NCBI RefSeq assembly: GCF_000014265.1
Contig: NC_008312.1
Coordinates: 7,050,001-7,082,000 of the forward strand
Length of the DNA: 32,000 bases
Source: Trichodesmium erythraeum IMS101
GTDB taxonomy: Bacteria; Cyanobacteriota; Cyanobacteriia; Cyanobacteriales; Microcoleaceae
Reading direction: 5' to 3'
The position numbers and the translations under genes are program-made. A model generated the notes under the pieces. The model did no database searches. It saw only the letters and a program-made list of their open reading frames with translations, and had not been told where the DNA came from. This document shows positions 27,602 through 32,000 of the stretch, piece by piece (position 1 is the stretch's first letter; each line of letters opens with the position of its first letter).

Positions 27602-28760
27602 ATAATAAAATCACTAACTAAATTTAATTAGTTTGATTTTTCATTTTTGCTAGCCTAAGTTATTTCCTCACAACTCTATTTTATGCCAAATTAATTATAT
27701 ATTAGATTTGTTTTAAATTCAGCAAAAAAAATTGCTAAAACTATTATTAGTCAAAGTTAATAGTGTTTTTTAGAAAGAAAATACTGAAAATTTTATAGAG
27801 TAATTTTTTGAGCATTTTCAATTTTTCTACACCAAACAAATTTATCCTTTTTCGTAAAATAATTCATTTTTTTTATTCATTAATGCCAAAATATTTACTG
27901 TTTAACTTTGACAAAATTTACAAGTTATTATTATGCCTTTATCCTGCTCTCCATCAAGAATATATGGTTTCAAATAAAACCTAGTTTTATCTAAATAAAT
28001 TAAATCAATTTATCCTTTTTTATGTTTAAATTTGAGTGCTATTAATTTTATAAATTAGATTTATAGCCTTGAGGAATTTGAATCATGATTTTTCCTCATT
28101 GCTTTATTTATCATTTTCCATTTTATAGCTAAATTTTTGATAATTCTTTTTATAATATATTTTCTGAAATTAATTTTTTTTCGATATTTTTAAAGTCTGT
28201 TTTTATTTTTTTTATTACTTTTAAAAAATTATTGTTTTACATCACTGATGTTTTTTTGATTATCAGTTTATTTTTGTCGATATATTTTTCTGTAATTATA
28301 CTTAATTATATAATCTTAATGCCCCTATAAATTGCTATTAAATCAACCAATCAAAGATAGATTGTTACTCATTTTTAAATTTTCATTACTGCCTTTATAG
28401 GAAATATTTAACTTATCAATATTATGCATTTAACTTAGTTCCTAATTTGATAAAAATTCTTATGGCTACTTATTCTTTATAAAATATTTTACAATCTGGT
28501 ATAAAGTTGATGATAAACCTCATATTTCATAGATATGTTTTAAGCTTTCACACTAGATATTACTTATTAAATATCTGTAATTAATTTAGCACAATTACTT
28601 ATAATAATGTTAATATTAATTATATGGTGATTCTCCTTTATGTTGTAATAATTGATAATTACGGGGTGAAAAAAATGAGATTGAGAGACTAAAAAAAACA
28701 GATTTTTTTCTCACAAATCATTTATGAATGCTATAGTTGATATTTTTTTAATAGGTAAAA

Positions 28761-29630
28761 ATGGCTCATTTAAAATTACGGCGTGCAGAAAATATTAGTG
28801 GTGATATATTTGTTGATAATACTTGTATAGACTGTGATACTTGTCGTTGGATGTCGCCCAAAATTTTTCATCGCAATGGAGCAAAATCAGCAGTTTACTA
28901 TCAACCTAAAAATCAAATAGAAAGATTAGAAGCAATGCAAGCTTTATTATCTTGCCCGACGAATTCTATTGGTACTGTTGAAACTCCAAAAGATATTAAA
29001 AAAGTTCAAGAAACTTTGCCAATTTTAGTTACAGATAATGTTTATCATTGTGGTTATCATTCAGAAAAATCTTTCGGCGCTGCTAGTTACTTTATTCTGA
29101 GACCAGAGGGAAATATTTTGGTAGACTCGCCTCAATTTTCAGCTCCGTTAGTAAAGCGTTTGGAAGTAATGGGAGGAATTAAATATATGTATTTAACTCA
29201 TAAAGATGATGCAGCAGATCATCAAAAATTTCGAGAGCATTTTAGTTGCGATCGCATGCTCCATGTTGATGATATCTCCCCAGATACTAAGAATATAGAA
29301 ATAAAGTTAACTGGTACAGACCCAATTTCCTTAACTCCAGATTTATTAATTATTCCTGTGACTGGTCACACTAAAGGTCATACAGTGTTACTCTATCAGA
29401 AATTTTTATTTACAGGAGATCATTTAGCATGGTCTAGTCACTTAAATCAACTTTATGCTTTTCGTCGCCACTGTTGGTATTCTTGGTCAGAACAAATTAT
29501 CTCTATGGGTAAGTTAATAAGTTATAATTTTGAGTGGGTATTACCTGGTCATGGTCACCGTTATCATACTGATAAAAAAACTATGCAACAAGAGTTAAAA
29601 AAGTGTATTGTTTGGATGGAAAAATATTGA
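28761..29630 (+). CDS. Ferredoxin-domain / metallo-beta-lactamase-fold hydrolase fusion protein
   Basis: The N-terminal CIDCDTCRWMSP ... LLSCPTNSIG has CxxCxxC...CP spacing, typical of a single 4Fe-4S cluster. The MBL-fold ligand blocks follow: YLTHKDDAADH, TGHTKGH, FTGDH and LPGHGH. Confidence 0.8.
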   Translation: MAHLKLRRAENISGDIFVDNTCIDCDTCRWMSPKIFHRNGAKSAVYYQPKNQIERLEAMQALLSCPTNSIGTVETPKDIKKVQETLPILVTDNVYHCGYHSEKSFGAASYFILRPEGNILVDSPQFSAPLVKRLEVMGGIKYMYLTHKDDAADHQKFREHFSCDRMLHVDDISPDTKNIEIKLTGTDPISLTPDLLIIPVTGHTKGHTVLLYQKFLFTGDHLAWSSHLNQLYAFRRHCWYSWSEQIISMGKLISYNFEWVLPGHGHRYHTDKKTMQQELKKCIVWMEKY

Positions 29631-29990
29631 GCTATATTAGTTTTAATTTAGTAAATTTGTCGAATATATGTTATTATAAATATGTAGATAAAGTTGAATT
29701 TCTACTTAATATTTATTGCTCAAAATTATAAAGATTTGAGAATTACTGCATATACTTTAGTATTACATATCATAATGATAAGGGGTTGAGTAATTTTAGA
29801 ATTTATGATGATGGGTAAATAATCTATGCTAATATACAAAAGCAAATAAAATTAAGTGTCTAAGAACCTAAGAACCTTAGAAGCAATAGTCATAGGAGAG
29901 TAGTCTTGGTTTATAAAAATGGCACCAGACTAATTACTTTTGCACCAGAAAAAAGAAGAAAAATCTCAATAATTGGAGGATGATACATTA

Positions 29991-30179
29991 ATGACGCAAG
30001 TGATACTAGGAGAAAACGAGGGCATTGAATCTGCATTACGTCGATTTAAAAGACAGGTTTCTCAAGCGGGAATATTCCCAGATATGAAAAAGCATCGTCA
30101 CTTTGAAACGCCGATTGAAAAACGGAAGCGTAAAGCAATGGCATTACAGAAGCAAAGGAAGAGACGTTCTCGCTATTAA
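29991..30179 (+). CDS. rpsU: 30S ribosomal protein S21
   Basis: [48 protein letters not shown]... is a textbook S21 sequence. GGAGGA (29975-29980) lies 10 nt before ATG 29991. The track's TTG 29973 start is unlikely. Confidence 0.95.
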   Translation: MTQVILGENEGIESALRRFKRQVSQAGIFPDMKKHRHFETPIEKRKRKAMALQKQRKRRSRY

Positions 30180-30269
30180 GAAAAAAGTTTATTTTCAGCG
30201 ATCCCCACCCTAAATTGGTGACTTTATAAGTCGATAGGCGATACTTGAAGGTATTAAAAAAGCTTGTTT

Positions 30270-30291
30270 GGAGACGCAGATAGGCGTCTCC
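30270..30291 (+). terminator. Perfect GC-rich hairpin downstream of rpsU (possible terminator or processing site)
   Basis: ggagacgc-agatag-gcgtctcc has an 8-bp perfect stem, conspicuous in AT-rich surroundings, 90 nt after the rpsU stop. No T-run follows on the + strand, so it is not a canonical intrinsic terminator. Confidence 0.3.
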
Positions 30292-30765
30292 TATGGCGCT
30301 AAAAATATCAAGCTACATATTGAAATATTGTACTTAATACAAGTGCTTTTGTATTATTATTTAACTATCCTAATTAGGGCTTGTATACTGAAGTTTTATC
30401 AGTGAGGATAGCTGATAAGATATTGAGGCATAGAGGTATAGAAAATATAAATTACAGAGGACATGCTCGAAAGTATTTTATTTCAATTTTTATCCCCTTA
30501 ATAGCTAAAAATCCTCTATTATTATCGAACTTAGTAATAACTTATTATATATTTTTCTCACAAAAAAAGTACTTAGTAATATTTAAGTAAATGCGTTTAG
30601 TTTTTTTCAGCTAGTCCTAATTACTTGAGTCCATAAGAAGGTTAATAATTTAGCTTATATGGATGTGTTATTAATTTGTAATAACTACTTATAACTAATT
30701 TTCTGTTAAATTTAAGATTAATTTAATTACTGAATCTAACCCTATATTTTGATAGAGAAAAAACT

Positions 30766-31446
30766 ATGGTTGTAGATCAGCAAGCAATTGATATTGCTCC
30801 TTTTATTGACCACTCCTTATTAACTATTACTGCTACCCCAGAGGAAGTGTCAAAATTTTGTATTGAAGCTGACAAATTTCGATTTCCATCAGTTTGTGTA
30901 TACCCTTGTCATGTAAGAAAAGTAGTAGATTTACTTAGTACTAAAAGTCCTAAAGTTTCTACAGTAATTAATTTTCCAAATGGTACTGCTACTAGTAAAA
31001 CAAAACTATATGAAGCTTTAGAAGCGGTAGAAAATGGAGCTTCAGAATTAGATGTAATGGTTAATTTGACTTATATTAAAACAGGTGAAATGTCCCAATT
31101 ACATCGGGAAATAGCTGAAATACGTGAAGAAACTGGTAAAACAGTTAAAGCTATTTTAGAAATGGCTTTGCTTACCAAAGATGAAAAGTATTTAGTGATA
31201 GAGGTTTTGATGGATGCGGGTGTAGCTTTTATTGCCACAAATACTGGGTGGTATGGTGGGGCAACAGTGGCAGATGTAAAACTACTCAAAGAAATAACTA
31301 AGGCTAATGTTGGAATTAAAGCGGCAGGAGGAATTAAAACCTACGAGCAAGCAGTAAGCCTAGTTTTGGCTGGTGCGACTAGGTTGGGTACATCCCGTGG
31401 TCTAGAATTGCTCAACCAACAAAATAACCAGTCGGAATTGGAATAA
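30766..31446 (+). CDS. deoC: Deoxyribose-phosphate aldolase
   Basis: 226 aa. It has IDHSLL, SVCVYP, V(I)NFPNG, ELDVMVN and the Schiff-base region VKAILE, then IKAAGGI and RLGTS, all typical of class I DeoC aldolases. Confidence 0.9.
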   Translation: MVVDQQAIDIAPFIDHSLLTITATPEEVSKFCIEADKFRFPSVCVYPCHVRKVVDLLSTKSPKVSTVINFPNGTATSKTKLYEALEAVENGASELDVMVNLTYIKTGEMSQLHREIAEIREETGKTVKAILEMALLTKDEKYLVIEVLMDAGVAFIATNTGWYGGATVADVKLLKEITKANVGIKAAGGIKTYEQAVSLVLAGATRLGTSRGLELLNQQNNQSELE

Positions 31447-31477
31447 GTCAAAACTCAGAATTAAAAAGAGGTGAAGG

Positions 31478-31509
31478 TAGGAAAGCTCATAAAAGTTTCC
31501 CTATTTTTT
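31478..31509 (+). terminator. Candidate intrinsic terminator of deoC
   Basis: taggaaa (31478-31484) pairs with tttcc(c)ta (31496-31503), giving 7 bp with one bulge and an 11-nt loop. tttttt (31504-31509) follows directly. It lies about 30 nt after the deoC stop. Confidence 0.5.
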
Positions 31510-32000
31510 CAACTTGGGACATTTAATCATATCGAATTGTTCTCTCCCCAAGGGTTGGGTCTTTTCCTTGAGCCATCTCTAGTATGTCCTGCGCTATAGT
31601 TTAAACCTGAAAAAAACTTTGATTCTCTGTTACTTGTTGCTTAGAGCAATTATTACTACAAGTATTATAAATCGAACCCCATAGCTCTAGTTTAATAGGT
31701 GCAAACACTAAAGTTATGTACCCGCTTGTTTTTAAAGCTGTTTAGGATGATATTTTGATTCAGTCCAACCCTACTTAGGCTAATGTTGATATTTATAATA
31801 CTCGCCTTAGTTTCCTGAGCCCAAACCATACACCTGGGAAGTATTAGCACTAAGTATTTAGGGTGTACACACTGATTTTAATCATTTTTGGGGAAAATTT
31901 CCGCACCTGTGCACCTGAGTCATAAATTAATTTTGACTTTCGAGTTGTGAGTAGTACTATAGTTACTCTCTCATCTCTAATGCCCTACTCCTAACTTCTA

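Noticed and set aside
27023-27660. ggctagc / gctagcc strings on both sides of the IS remnant, considered as terminal inverted repeats
   Set aside because: The shared core is just the palindrome GCTAGC. The flanking bases do not extend the match in inverted orientation.
30381-30590. 69-aa ORF between rpsU and deoC
   Set aside because: It has a TTG start, an I/F/Y/K-rich low-complexity product and no motif. It is most likely a chance ORF in AT-rich spacer.
1093-31289. Other shadow ORFs in the track: 1093..1287, 2532..2723, 4747..5130, 9802..9996, 10897..11139, 12990..13199, 19507..19743, 22242..22430, 22533..22745, 23752..23943, 31071..31289
   Set aside because: Each overlaps, on the opposite strand, a CDS or pseudogene with clear family signatures. 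None has recognisable motifs of its own.
31621-31720. T-loop-like GGGGTTCGATT on the minus strand (about 31668-31680), considered as a tRNA
   Set aside because: The flanking bases do not form a T-stem, and no acceptor, D or anticodon arms can be drawn. I found no convincing tRNA anywhere in the window.

Overview
This AT-rich window is most likely chromosomal DNA from a filamentous, Trichodesmium-like cyanobacterium. I found at least six perfect HIP1 octamers (GCGATCGC), all inside conserved CDSs. Heptamer tandem arrays of the STRR type are present. Several protein families are typical of cyanobacteria: CHASE2 cyclase with DUF928, DUF3134, PAP/fibrillin, a 2TM protein and FtsH. By my coordinates only about 60% of the window is coding, and the spacers are unusually long. 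Clear housekeeping genes are mraY, ftsH, pepP, rpsU, deoC, a GT2 glycosyltransferase, a fibrillin, a ferredoxin-MBL hydrolase and an interrupted tex.

The two stretches I consider most interesting are:
1. 13.6-15.9 kb: an actin-like ParM/StbA ATPase gene in a chromosomal context. Downstream lies a gene for a ribbon-helix-helix-like, coiled-coil protein with an acidic tail (ParR-like). Iteron-like direct repeats sit upstream of parM.
2. 18.8-21.6 kb: an opposite-strand islet between ftsH and pepP. It holds a gamma-class N6-adenine methyltransferase interrupted by one in-frame amber codon. Three tightly packed small ORFs follow it. Two are paralogous and HicB-like. The middle one is HicA-like and is separated from the last only by an in-frame TAG plus one codon.

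Single in-frame nonsense codons recur in otherwise intact reading frames: the methyltransferase, the small-ORF pair, tex, a FitA-like antitoxin and possibly an XRE remnant. Other features are degraded toxin-antitoxin and IS remnants, an intragenic tandem-repeat expansion in a DUF3134-like gene, and two families of dispersed structured intergenic repeats. I saw no tRNA, rRNA or CRISPR array. All family assignments come from motif recognition by eye, not database searches.
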